The position numbers and the translations under genes were made by a program. Of a DNA stretch of 29,138 bases, positions 17,051 through 26,584 are shown piece after piece (within the stretch, counting starts at the first letter, position 1; the number at the start of each line of letters is the position of its first letter). The notes under the pieces were generated by a model. It searched no databases. It saw only the letters and a program-made list of their open reading frames with translations, and had not been told where the DNA came from. Origin of the DNA: Promethearchaeota archaeon (GTDB lineage: Archaea; Asgardarchaeota; Lokiarchaeia; Sigyniarchaeales; SOKP01); contig SDNY01000040.1 in NCBI GenBank assembly GCA_004524535.1, positions 1 to 29,138 on the forward strand. The letters are read 5' to 3'.

Positions 17051-17803
17051 TTAACTATTAAATAATAATTGATGTAGTTCTCTAATTTTTTTAATATTTA
17101 TTTGTCCTGGTGCAGTTTTATCCTCTAAAGAGCCATAAGTTAAGAGTGAGCCAAACTTTACACATGTTATTCTTGAGAAAAGGCCTAATTCTCCCATACA
17201 AAAACTAATAATGCCCTGATTTTTTTCTTTCGCCAAGATATCTCTACATAGTTTTATTGGAATTAAGTTATCTTCAAAATTTTTAGCAGTAAATATCAAT
17301 TTGTAAGTAAGTTTTTTGAAAGATAAAAAATCAACTAAATGATTATTAAGTAATTTATCTTTAAATTTTTCAAAAATACTAGTTGCCACTTCCAAAGAGG
17401 GGGTTTTATCAAAATCATGATAAGAAAATATGAACTTTACATTTTCATTAGCGAAATTTATAATTTCTCTTAGATTTTCTATTTCTGTGTTCATTTCAAT
17501 ATCAAGATATTCAGGCTGAGCTTCAATCAATAATTTTATTATTTTTATGCGCTCTTCTTTATTTAAATCGCAGTGACCTCCTTCAGAGGGATCCCTAAAT
17601 GTAAAAATGGATAAAATATTAGGTCCTACAAGATCTAGTAAGTTCTTTATAAAATCAGGAGTTAATTCTGAAATTTCATCAATGTAATCAAATCTAAATT
17701 CAATTAGATCAGGCTTAGTTTCTAATACTCTTTTAATTAATTCTTCATTCTCCTTTACTTTTCCTGATTTAATTGGAATTGCAACGCAAATGTTAAATTT
17801 CAT
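17051..17803 (-). CDS. aroD: Type I 3-dehydroquinate dehydratase
   Basis: DLIEFRFD, FTFR..EGG, YLDIE, SYHDF..TP, Schiff-base Lys in YKL, MGELG..SR, APGQ. Confidence 0.92.
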   Translation of the reverse strand: MKFNICVAIPIKSGKVKENEELIKRVLETKPDLIEFRFDYIDEISELTPDFIKNLLDLVGPNILSIFTFRDPSEGGHCDLNKEERIKIIKLLIEAQPEYLDIEMNTEIENLREIINFANENVKFIFSYHDFDKTPSLEVATSIFEKFKDKLLNNHLVDFLSFKKLTYKLIFTAKNFEDNLIPIKLCRDILAKEKNQGIISFCMGELGLFSRITCVKFGSLLTYGSLEDKTAPGQINIKKIRELHQLLFNS

Positions 17804-17825
17804 ATTTTCTCAATTTGATTTTATA

Positions 17826-18485
17826 CTAAACTTCAATTATTTTTTTAATATCACCAGCAGACAAGTCTAAAGTATTTTCGGCGTCAACCTTTTTCAATAA
17901 TTTCTTTTTTTTATAATATTTAATTATCGGTTTGGCATTTTTTTCGTAGGCATCCAGACGATTCTTCAATGTTTCTTCAGTATCGTCGCTCCTTTGCTCA
18001 AATTTTATTTCAGCACCACATTTATCGCAAATCCATTGATCCTCCCCTTTTTCTATTTTAGGTGGTAATGTATATTTATTATATATTTCGCCACATTCAT
18101 TACAACCAAACCTACCTAAAATTCTTTTGGTTATTACGTCTCTACTGACTTCTAATAAAAGGAGTAAATCCACTTGAGTAATCTCACTTAAAGCCTCTGC
18201 CTGAGCCAAGGTCCTTGGGAAACCGTCTAAGATAAAGCCATTTTGTTTAAGATCATCCTTACTCAGCCTATCAGCTACCATATCAATAACTACATCATCT
18301 GGAACTAATTCACCTTTATCCATATATTCTTTAGCTTTTAAACCTAATGGCGTTTCATTTTTCAAATTCTCTCTAAAGATATCCCCAGTGCTTATATGAG
18401 CAATATCTGGTAATACTTTTTTTATTTGTGCCGAGAAGGTCCCTTTCCCACTTCCAGGTGGGCCAAAAAGAACTAATTTTTTCAT
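17826..18485 (-). CDS. adk: Adenylate kinase with Cys4 zinc lid
   Basis: GPPGSGKGT, HISTGDIFR, GELVPD, LDGFPRT, lid CNEC..CDKC, QRSDD. Confidence 0.95.
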   Translation of the reverse strand: MKKLVLFGPPGSGKGTFSAQIKKVLPDIAHISTGDIFRENLKNETPLGLKAKEYMDKGELVPDDVVIDMVADRLSKDDLKQNGFILDGFPRTLAQAEALSEITQVDLLLLLEVSRDVITKRILGRFGCNECGEIYNKYTLPPKIEKGEDQWICDKCGAEIKFEQRSDDTEETLKNRLDAYEKNAKPIIKYYKKKKLLKKVDAENTLDLSAGDIKKIIEV

Positions 18486-18663
18486 ATTTCTTCACTATCT
18501 AATCTATTTTAATTAATGGTCTTTATAATTTTAATAATTAAAAATCTTCTGGATTATATAAATATCTTTAATAGATAAAAAAAAAGGAGAGGTTATAAAA
18601 ATTAAGAGCCTTTTAAGTATTCTAGAAGGTTTCTTTAGTTCAAGATATAAGATTCTCTAAGTT

Positions 18664-18855
18664 TTATTCATCTAAATTTTTTTTAAATTTCTTTTTTGAA
18701 ATTAAAATATAGAATATAAGAATAGAATCGATAAGCGAAGGGATTAAATATACGATGATATGATATCTAATAGAAATAAAATAAAATATCAAGATAAAAT
18801 CAGATATTATTGTAACAATTAGCATAAAAATTACAAAGCTAAGAAGATTAAGCAT
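18664..18855 (-). CDS. Small hypothetical 2-TM membrane protein
   Basis: Two hydrophobic stretches and a Lys-rich tail. Very AT-rich, so possibly spurious. Confidence 0.4.
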   Translation of the reverse strand: MLNLLSFVIFMLIVTIISDFILIFYFISIRYHIIVYLIPSLIDSILIFYILISKKKFKKNLDE

Positions 18856-18914
18856 ATCATAAATTGATTAAATGCTCAGCAAAATTTAAAAACTGTTAGC
18901 AATATTAACTTTAT

Positions 18915-19181
18915 ATGACGGTAGTAAATATAACTAATCATGGTAGAATTACAATTCCATCCGAAATTAGAAAAAAATATGGTTGGAAAGATGGAGATAA
19001 AGTTATAATTATTGATCATCCTTTAGAAGGGATAAAAATATTACCTTTTATTTCTGAAGAGAAAATGAGAGGAATTTTAGATAAGGAAACTGGTATAAAA
19101 ATCATACAAGAAATCTCAAAAGAAAGGCGGTTAGAAATTGAGAAAGAAAAACAAAAGTTATTTAAAGAAGCAATAAGATGA
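18915..19181 (+). CDS. vapB: AbrB/MazE-fold antitoxin
   Basis: NITNHGRITIPSEIRKKYGWKDGDKV; overlaps the PIN gene by 4 nt. Confidence 0.88.
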   Translation: MTVVNITNHGRITIPSEIRKKYGWKDGDKVIIIDHPLEGIKILPFISEEKMRGILDKETGIKIIQEISKERRLEIEKEKQKLFKEAIR

Positions 19182-19579
19182 AAAACACGATAATTCTTGA
19201 TACAGGTATATTGAGCTTATACCAAATTAATGATGAAAAAGTTGTTAACGAAATTATTACTAAAAAGAGAAAAAAAGTTAATTTTTTATCGTCTGAGTTA
19301 AATTTTATCGAACTATTTAACCATTTATGTAGAGAAAAAGGAAAAATTAACGCTCAGATTGTCATGGAAAATCTTCGTAAAGGAGATATTGTAAAATTTA
19401 TACCAGTTCTGAGTAAAATTTCTATATTTGCTGGTGAACTTAAATGTAAATATCACTACTTATCTTTAGTTGATTCGGTGATATGTGCTGAGGCATTAAG
19501 CAGAAAAGCATATGTTTATACTACGGAAACACACTTTAGCGAAGTTAAAAATTTAAAAATTAAGAAATTCGATTTTTAG
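19178..19579 (+). CDS. vapC: PIN-domain toxin
   Basis: IILDTG, FIEL, LSLVDS, YTTETHF; coupled to an AbrB antitoxin. Confidence 0.88.
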   Translation: MKNTIILDTGILSLYQINDEKVVNEIITKKRKKVNFLSSELNFIELFNHLCREKGKINAQIVMENLRKGDIVKFIPVLSKISIFAGELKCKYHYLSLVDSVICAEALSRKAYVYTTETHFSEVKNLKIKKFDF

Positions 19580-19777
19580 AATGGAATATATCATATAAGA
19601 TTAATATTTACTCGCACCAGTCGCGAACTTCCAGTACATACTAATTCTCCATTATCCTTCCAGATATTTAACTAATATAGATTCACACGTAGCTTTTCTT
19701 AAGTCCGTATCACAAGGAACTTTGACAGCTAAAGCTGAGTGTCTCAAGAGTGGAAAGAATATTTGTTTCTGCTCAGA

Positions 19778-19859
19778 AATGAAAATAATTAAATAATTAA
19801 ACGATTAAAATAGAATTTATTATTATAAGTTTTTTATTAATGGAGAAAAAATAGGTCAA
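19778..19859 (+). repeat. Direct repeat copy A (82 bp; partner 23341-23422)
   Basis: Gapless alignment, 74/82 identical by manual count, including 34 consecutive identical bases. Confidence 0.9.
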
Positions 19860-19873
19860 AGGAGGGAAAAATT

Positions 19874-21124
19874 ATGGATAAATATCTCGAACCCGCTAAA
19901 GAAATAGATGTTTTTGGAGAGTATGATGTTATTATAGTTGGAGGAGGTGTAGCAGGGCTTACGGCAGCGATTGCATGCGGGCGAAATAAAGTAAGAACCT
20001 TATTAGTGGAGAGATTTGGATTTCTTGGAGGTACTGCAACAGCATCTTTAATGAATAATATCAACGGTTTTCGTAATCAAGTAAAACCAGATGGATTGCA
20101 AACTGTTAAGGGAATTCCACAGGAAATAATCCTTGAATTAAATAAAATAAATGGATTAGGGAAAAGTCCCTATCCACAAGAAGATTACGATATTAAGAAG
20201 GGTGAATTAAGTTATTCTTATTGTTTTGATCCTGAGAAGTTTAAATATATAACGTTGAAGTTAGTTCATGACGCAGATGTTGATATTCTCTTCCATAGCT
20301 ACTTCTCAGATTGCATAATGGAGGGAGATATCATCAAGGGAATAATTGTTGAAAATAAATCCGGGAGAATTGCTATATATTCTAAGATAATTGTTGATGC
20401 ATCTGGAGATGGAGATGTTGCTGCTCGGGCTGGTGCTCCTTTTTGGCAAGCAGATCCCAATGATAAGGCATTGAAGGATGGCTTAATGTATAAAATCTCT
20501 GGATTAGGAAAATCTAAATCTTCTATATTCGAATGTAGATATGGTGATAGCTCTGTTTTATGGGGCCCCTACTCCGTTTGGGGTCAAAATGATGCATGGT
20601 TAATATCAAAAGCAGAAATAAAGACTCGCCTTAAAGTATTCAAACATTTTAGTAGATATTTGAAAAGAAATCCTCATTTGAAAGATTTAGGAGTACATAT
20701 ATCCGAAACTCCACCTATGCTTGGTATTCGACAGACTCGTTTTATCGAAGGAGAATATAAATTAACCGCTGAGGACGCTATTGAGGGACGGAGATTTGGC
20801 GATGTAATTGCAATAAGTTCAGCACCTATTATTCATTATTATGGATACAGGCGTTATTTAGAACACGAAGGATACGATATTCCCTATAGATGTTTAATTC
20901 CTAAGAAAATAGAAAATTTATTAATTGCAGGACGATGCATATCCTCAGAACAAGAGCCTTATGAGTCTCATAGGTCAATGGCACCTATTATGGCAATAGG
21001 ACAAGCAGCTGGTACTGCTGCAGCTTTATCTGTAATTCATAAATCTAAACCAAGAGAATTGGATATCTCATTGCTCCAGAGAACATTAATTGAACAGGGA
21101 GTAGAGCTTAGAAAGAATATTTAG
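19874..21124 (+). CDS. FAD-dependent oxidoreductase (FAD_oxidored family)
   Basis: DVIIVGGGVAG, ERFGFLGG, VDASGDGD, GIRQTR..GEY, YDIPYRCLIP..NLLIAGRCIS, GQAAGTAA. Confidence 0.88.
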   Translation: MDKYLEPAKEIDVFGEYDVIIVGGGVAGLTAAIACGRNKVRTLLVERFGFLGGTATASLMNNINGFRNQVKPDGLQTVKGIPQEIILELNKINGLGKSPYPQEDYDIKKGELSYSYCFDPEKFKYITLKLVHDADVDILFHSYFSDCIMEGDIIKGIIVENKSGRIAIYSKIIVDASGDGDVAARAGAPFWQADPNDKALKDGLMYKISGLGKSKSSIFECRYGDSSVLWGPYSVWGQNDAWLISKAEIKTRLKVFKHFSRYLKRNPHLKDLGVHISETPPMLGIRQTRFIEGEYKLTAEDAIEGRRFGDVIAISSAPIIHYYGYRRYLEHEGYDIPYRCLIPKKIENLLIAGRCISSEQEPYESHRSMAPIMAIGQAAGTAAALSVIHKSKPRELDISLLQRTLIEQGVELRKNI

Positions 21125-21134
21125 AACTATTAAT

Positions 21135-22040
21135 TCAATCTGCTTTTTTATCGATATCCTCAAGTTGATCTTGTCTATTTCCAAGTATGAAACCAGCACA
21201 TATTACCAGACTCACTCCAAATAAGATATAAAATACCGAAATAATTGAAGTAATCTTTAAAAATAACAAGAAATAAATACAAATAGCTATAATTTGTTTA
21301 GGCACTTCTTGAGTTGGTTGAACTTTACTTGCTTGTGCATACTTATAAGCTTCTTGAGTTTGCTTTATTCCAAGATAATTCCCAAATGCTATAGCTCCTA
21401 TAGCAGCAATTAATATTATTATGTAAATTGCTTGAATTTCACCTTTAAATAAGAAATTTGCAACTATTAAAAGAAAAAATAAATGTATTCCTGCTAATGA
21501 AAACAAAATTCCACCAGCAATTGCCAATGCTATTCCTTTTCGATTAATGTCTTTATTCACAGCTATGGTAATAAGAAACCATAAAAATATAAGGATAAAG
21601 GAAAAGAGAGCCATTCTTATTAACAATCTATAATCTAAATTTTTTATTTCATTCACAGGAATATCTAATTTACTCAACCCAATTAGAAAAACCCCAACTA
21701 TAATAATTAATATCGCTATATATTCAGCTAAGCTTAATCCTTCACCTATTAACTTAGCTGAACCTATTGCTAATACAATCAAACCTGCGGCATACAATCC
21801 TGGAATCAATGCTGGTCCAATATAAAATTGTGCAAGTACGATAAATATTGTACTTACTCCATAGCAAAGAATTGAACCTATTATCCATGATGGAGATTTA
21901 ATCAGAATTCCCATGATATTCTCATCATCTTTTTCTCTCGGTATTTTGTTAACAGCACTTTTTTGAAGTATATTACCTAATGCGGCAACAACACCTGACA
22001 GAATTGCACAAATTACCCCTAATAGGTATATTTCAACCAT
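21135..22040 (-). CDS. DMT-superfamily (NIPA-like) membrane transporter
   Basis: About 9-10 TM segments; GNILQK..., SPSWIIG, KLIGE motifs. Confidence 0.7.
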   Translation of the reverse strand: MVEIYLLGVICAILSGVVAALGNILQKSAVNKIPREKDDENIMGILIKSPSWIIGSILCYGVSTIFIVLAQFYIGPALIPGLYAAGLIVLAIGSAKLIGEGLSLAEYIAILIIIVGVFLIGLSKLDIPVNEIKNLDYRLLIRMALFSFILIFLWFLITIAVNKDINRKGIALAIAGGILFSLAGIHLFFLLIVANFLFKGEIQAIYIIILIAAIGAIAFGNYLGIKQTQEAYKYAQASKVQPTQEVPKQIIAICIYFLLFLKITSIISVFYILFGVSLVICAGFILGNRQDQLEDIDKKAD

Positions 22041-22207
22041 TTTAAATTCTAATTTCTCTAAAGTTGTATAATAATTATTTATTTAACATTTAATATTATT
22101 TTAGTTTGGTACTTTGGAAAACTTAATTGTTAATAAAGATTATTAGCTTCTTACATTAAAGTAATTATATAGATTTTTGAATTATAACAAATAGAATAAG
22201 AAGATTA

Positions 22208-23326
22208 ATGATGAAAAATCTATTAGATGATATTGAAGAGATTTTATTAATGGGACCAGGTCCTTCATGTGTCCCTCCAGAAGTATATAACGCTTTAAGT
22301 TGCAAAACTCTTGGGCATCTTGATCCTTATTTTATCAAAATTATGAATGAGATCCAAGAACTACTTCAAAAAATATTTAATACAAAAAATAAACTGACTT
22401 TACCAATATCAGGCACGGGATCGTCAGGGATGGAAACTTGCTTAGTTAATCTTATAGAATCTCAAGACCCTGTGTTAATATTAATAAATGGAGTCTTTGG
22501 TGTAAGAATGGTTGAAGTAGCTACGAGACTTGGAGCTCAAGTTGATAAAATTGAGTTTGAATGGGGAAAGCCTATAGATATTGAAAAAGTCAAAACTAAA
22601 CTCGAAGAAAAACCTTATAAAATTTTAGCTGCTGTACATGCTGAAACCTCAACTGGAGTTAGGAATCCAATTGGCGAAATCGCAAAAATAATAAAAGGAA
22701 CGGATATTTTATTCTTAATTGATACGGTAACAAGTTTGGGGGGAATTGAAGTGAAGATTGATGAGTGGGGTGTTGATGCAGTATATAGCGGTACCCAGAA
22801 ATGTCTATCAGTCCCCCCTGGATTAGCACCAGTTTCTTTTTCTGATCGCGCTTTTTCTGTGATATCAACTCGTAAATCAAAAGTTCCAAATTGGTACTTA
22901 GATATGTCTTTAATCGGTCAATATTGGAGTGGTGAGAGAAAGCGTGTTTACCATCACACAGCTCCAATTAATATGCTTTATGCACTTTATCAAGGGCTTC
23001 TTTTAATTGTTGAAGAAGGATTTGATAATGTTTTTAAAAGGCATATGGAAAACCATTTAAAGTTAAAAGAGGGTCTTGAAGGACTTGGATTAAACATGTA
23101 TGTTGAAGAACCATATCGACTTCCCATGTTAAATGCTGTTACTATTCCTGAAGGAATAGACGATGTAAAAGTTCGTAGTACTCTACTCAACGATTTTAAA
23201 ATAGAAATTGGAGGAGGATTAGGACCACTTGCAGGCAAGATTTGGCGAATAGGATTGATGGGACACACTGCAAGACCAGAAAATGTGGATCGATTGTTAG
23301 AGGGTCTTGAAAAAGCACTAAAGTGA
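22208..23326 (+). CDS. Class V aminotransferase (alanine-glyoxylate/serine-pyruvate type)
   Basis: LMGPGP, VHAETSTG, DTVTSLGG, SGTQKCLSVPPG (PLP Lys), YHHTAP, WRIGLMG. Confidence 0.93.
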   Translation: MMKNLLDDIEEILLMGPGPSCVPPEVYNALSCKTLGHLDPYFIKIMNEIQELLQKIFNTKNKLTLPISGTGSSGMETCLVNLIESQDPVLILINGVFGVRMVEVATRLGAQVDKIEFEWGKPIDIEKVKTKLEEKPYKILAAVHAETSTGVRNPIGEIAKIIKGTDILFLIDTVTSLGGIEVKIDEWGVDAVYSGTQKCLSVPPGLAPVSFSDRAFSVISTRKSKVPNWYLDMSLIGQYWSGERKRVYHHTAPINMLYALYQGLLLIVEEGFDNVFKRHMENHLKLKEGLEGLGLNMYVEEPYRLPMLNAVTIPEGIDDVKVRSTLLNDFKIEIGGGLGPLAGKIWRIGLMGHTARPENVDRLLEGLEKALK

Positions 23327-23340
23327 AATAATCTATTAAA

Positions 23341-23422
23341 AATGGAAATAATTAAATAATTAAACGATTAAAATAGAATGTATTATCAAGAGTTTTTCAT
23401 TAAAGGAGAAAAAATATGTCAA
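23341..23422 (+). repeat. Direct repeat copy B (upstream region, SD and first codons of the serine hydrolase gene)
   Basis: Matches 19778-19859; contains AAGGAG SD and the ATG at 23416. Confidence 0.9.
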
Positions 23423-24570
23423 GTGAAGTCAAAATAAATGGTTTTTGCGATGATAGATTCGCAAGAGTAAAACAAATTTTTGCTAAAAACTTAAAATCAG
23501 GTTTAGACGTTGGTGCCTCGTTTGCAGCAACAATAGATGGTGAATTTGTAATTGATATGTGGGGTGGTTATGCTGATGCCGCCAAAACTCGACCATGGGA
23601 AGAAGATACCATAGTTAACGTCTATTCAACCACAAAAATCATGACCGTTCTGTGTATACATATGCTGGTTGACCGAGGTCTTCTCGATCTCGATGCACCA
23701 GTGGCTAAATATTGGCCTGAATTCGCTCAAGCAGGAAAGGAGGAGCTACCAGTCCGTTATATTCTTAGCCATACCTCTGGGCTTCCTGGTTTTGACAAAT
23801 CCATCAAATTTAAGGTGTTATACGATTGGGATAGAACTATTAATTTATTGGCAGCCCAGAAACCATGGTGGGAACCTGGAACTAAAAGTGGATATCATGC
23901 TGTAACTCACGGTTATCTCTTAGGTGAGTTGGTTCGTCGTATTACGGGAAAAACAGTCGGTACCTTCTTCCGGGAGAAAGTAGCTACTCCACTTAATGCA
24001 GATTTTCACATTGGTCTACCAGAAAAATTCGATTCGCGTGTTGGTGAATTGATTCCTCCTAATATAGCAGAGTTTACAAAGACCTTAGGAAAAATCAAAA
24101 ATATAGATCTTTCAACAACTACAAAAGTATTGACTAATCCTCTTTTAACTGCAGAGTTATCAAAAACTCGGGAATGGCGCGGTGCTGAGATTCCTGCAGC
24201 AAATGGTCATGGAAACGCTAGATCTGTCACACGAATAACATCTGCATTAGCATGTGGAGGCGAGGTTGATAATATTCGCTTACTTTCGTTAGAGACAATA
24301 GAAAAATCTATAGAAGAACAAATTTATGGTCCTGATCTTGTCCTAATTTTACCAGTACGATTTGGGTTAGGTTGGGGACTCACGAGCAAGGAAATGCCAA
24401 TAGGGCCAAATCCAAGAACTTTTTACTGGGGTGGATGGGGTGGTTCGAGGGCCGTAATGGATCTTGATGCCAAGCTGAGTTTTTCCTTTGTTATGAATAA
24501 GATGGATATGGGTCTTACAGGTGATCCCCGTACATTGAGACTCACCAGAGCAATGTATAAAGCGTTGTAG
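23416..24570 (+). CDS. Beta-lactamase-fold serine hydrolase (family VIII esterase-like)
   Basis: SxxK as STTK, LSHTSGL, PWWEPG..GYH, WGGWGGS. Confidence 0.92.
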   Translation: MSSEVKINGFCDDRFARVKQIFAKNLKSGLDVGASFAATIDGEFVIDMWGGYADAAKTRPWEEDTIVNVYSTTKIMTVLCIHMLVDRGLLDLDAPVAKYWPEFAQAGKEELPVRYILSHTSGLPGFDKSIKFKVLYDWDRTINLLAAQKPWWEPGTKSGYHAVTHGYLLGELVRRITGKTVGTFFREKVATPLNADFHIGLPEKFDSRVGELIPPNIAEFTKTLGKIKNIDLSTTTKVLTNPLLTAELSKTREWRGAEIPAANGHGNARSVTRITSALACGGEVDNIRLLSLETIEKSIEEQIYGPDLVLILPVRFGLGWGLTSKEMPIGPNPRTFYWGGWGGSRAVMDLDAKLSFSFVMNKMDMGLTGDPRTLRLTRAMYKAL

Positions 24571-24617
24571 GTTGTTTAGGTCTGGTGGTCCAAATATTAA
24601 TAAATATAGAAAAGACT

Positions 24618-25211
24618 TTAATCCATAGAATAAGAATTTTCAATCTTTTTAATTAGAGATTCAATAACTCGCTTTTCCTTTAAACTAAAAAGACTTGTAA
24701 AATCACGTTTTATTGAAGAACCATAATAAGTATTTCCAAAAAATGTGTTTGCTTTCTTAATTGCTTCTAATAAAAGTTTTTTACTCCCTAGATGAAGATA
24801 TATTGATATATCATTAATTATAAGAATTGAAGTAGGTTTTTCATCGTAAATTTCTAATATCTCGTGGGTTTTTTTATAGTTTTTACAGGCATTTTCAAAT
24901 AGTTCTTTTTTATTACTTGCCCTTAGCCTTGGTGGTATGATTTCTCCTGTAAAATTAATATTATTACATTTTATACTCTGAGGATAAAAATCGTCTATTT
25001 TACCACCAATTTTTATGTTATAATATTTAAACAACTTAGGGGCAAAATCTAAGATACTTATATCTTTAGGGTTAAATTTTTTAATTTTTAGAAGAAATTG
25101 GACAAACCGCGCAGTATAATAAGTTTTTTTTGTGTTGGTTTCTCCATATAATATCGTTTGATGGCCAATAAACTCGTTGAAATCTAAACTCTCGGAAAAT
25201 AATCTTCCCAT
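24618..25211 (-). CDS. Hypothetical P-loop-like protein with degenerate Walker A
   Basis: TILYGETNTKKT and Walker B-like ILIIND; overlaps the thiW 3' end by 28 nt. Confidence 0.65.
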   Translation of the reverse strand: MGRLFSESLDFNEFIGHQTILYGETNTKKTYYTARFVQFLLKIKKFNPKDISILDFAPKLFKYYNIKIGGKIDDFYPQSIKCNNINFTGEIIPPRLRASNKKELFENACKNYKKTHEILEIYDEKPTSILIINDISIYLHLGSKKLLLEAIKKANTFFGNTYYGSSIKRDFTSLFSLKEKRVIESLIKKIENSYSMD

Positions 25212-25774
25212 GTGATATCTGCTCTTTTTAAGATTCTTAACATTAAATACCCTAAAATACAGCCAGGTATACAGCTCATAGCAAATAAACCCCAGTAAAA
25301 AAATAAGCCCTCAATACCTCCTAGTGGAACGATTAAATATGCAATTGTACCTCCTATAAATACCGTGCCTATTGGTTCAGTTAAAGCTGCTAATTCTACG
25401 TATTTAGGATATTTTTTTCGCAAAATATATGCAGATAAGCCGACGACAAAAGCTCCAGAGATTCCTCCATGGAAAGCGTGGATTGTACCTAGACCTATAA
25501 CAAATCGCAAAATAGCAATCCCCAAAGCAACCGTACAACCAAATGACATTCCAATCAGAACTCCCGCCATGGCATTAATAAAATGTGCGAAAGGATTGAT
25601 CTTAGTACCAAATATCGTGAAATAAGCAAAAGGATTTAGATAGCTTAAAAGTAATCCAACTGCGATCAATATTCCAGCAGTCGCTACTCTTTTAGTGAGA
25701 ATTGTTTGTAGAACTGTTTTTTCTCCAGCTCTTTTTTCTGCTTGATCAGAACTCTCTTCATTCATGGTTTTCAC
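25184..25774 (-). CDS. thiW: ECF transporter S component, ThiW family
   Basis: PFAHFINAMAGVLIG, LR..GLGT..AF.G.I.GA, EPIGTVFIG, S.IPG.ILG. Confidence 0.8.
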   Translation of the reverse strand: MKTMNEESSDQAEKRAGEKTVLQTILTKRVATAGILIAVGLLLSYLNPFAYFTIFGTKINPFAHFINAMAGVLIGMSFGCTVALGIAILRFVIGLGTIHAFHGGISGAFVVGLSAYILRKKYPKYVELAALTEPIGTVFIGGTIAYLIVPLGGIEGLFFYWGLFAMSCIPGCILGYLMLRILKRADITWEDYFPRV

Positions 25775-25874
25775 ATGATTTAATTTTAATTTTTGTAAAT
25801 TAATTATTAACCTTATTTTAATATTTTTTAAATTTGTATGAAGTTTTTACATCTTATAAAATTGTTTTTATCTG

Positions 25875-26555
25875 TTGAAAAAAATGATACAAATTGGAAA
25901 TAAAACAATTAATCCGACCAAAATTATATGTTTGGGTATTAATTATATGGACCATATCGAGGAAACGAAGAGAGAAGTTCCAAAAGAACCTCTTATTTTT
26001 CCTAAAACTTTAAATTGTCTTATAACAGACGGAGAACCAATTATTTATCCAAAATTATTATACAATAATCGCAAATACAACAGAGTTGATTACGAAGTAG
26101 AATTAGCGTTCATTATAAAAGATAAATGTAAAAACATCCCTTCTAGTGAAGTCTACGAGCACATCTTAGGGTATACCGTTTTTAATGATGTGACAGCTAG
26201 AAAAATGCAAATAAAAGATATATCTGCGCAACAACCATGGTTCAGATCGAAATCGCTAGATACTTTTGGTCCTATTGGTCCTAGAATTGTTGAAGAAATA
26301 GAAGACCCTCATAATCTAAATATCGAATTAAAAGTAAATGGAGAAGTTAAACAATCTTCAAATACGAAACATTTACTATTCAAGATTCCAGAAATACTTG
26401 AATTTATCTCACAATTTTTCACGATGGAGCCAGGAGATATTATAGCTACGGGTACACCTGGGGGAATAGGGGCTATTAACCCAGGAGATTTAATTGAAGC
26501 AACTATTGAAAAAATAGGGACACTTACTAATAAAGTAGTCTTAGAAGGAGATTAA
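25875..26555 (+). CDS. Fumarylacetoacetate hydrolase family protein
   Basis: KIICLGINYMDH, DYEVEL, NDVTAR, KSLDTFGPIGP, PGDIIATGTP. True start may be the ATG at 25884. Confidence 0.93.
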   Translation: MKKMIQIGNKTINPTKIICLGINYMDHIEETKREVPKEPLIFPKTLNCLITDGEPIIYPKLLYNNRKYNRVDYEVELAFIIKDKCKNIPSSEVYEHILGYTVFNDVTARKMQIKDISAQQPWFRSKSLDTFGPIGPRIVEEIEDPHNLNIELKVNGEVKQSSNTKHLLFKIPEILEFISQFFTMEPGDIIATGTPGGIGAINPGDLIEATIEKIGTLTNKVVLEGD

Positions 26556-26584
26556 ATATTTTAATATTTAAAACTAATTATTAT

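Noticed and set aside
25775-25874. TPP riboswitch upstream of thiW
   Set aside because: The region is almost entirely A/T and lacks the CUGAGA core.
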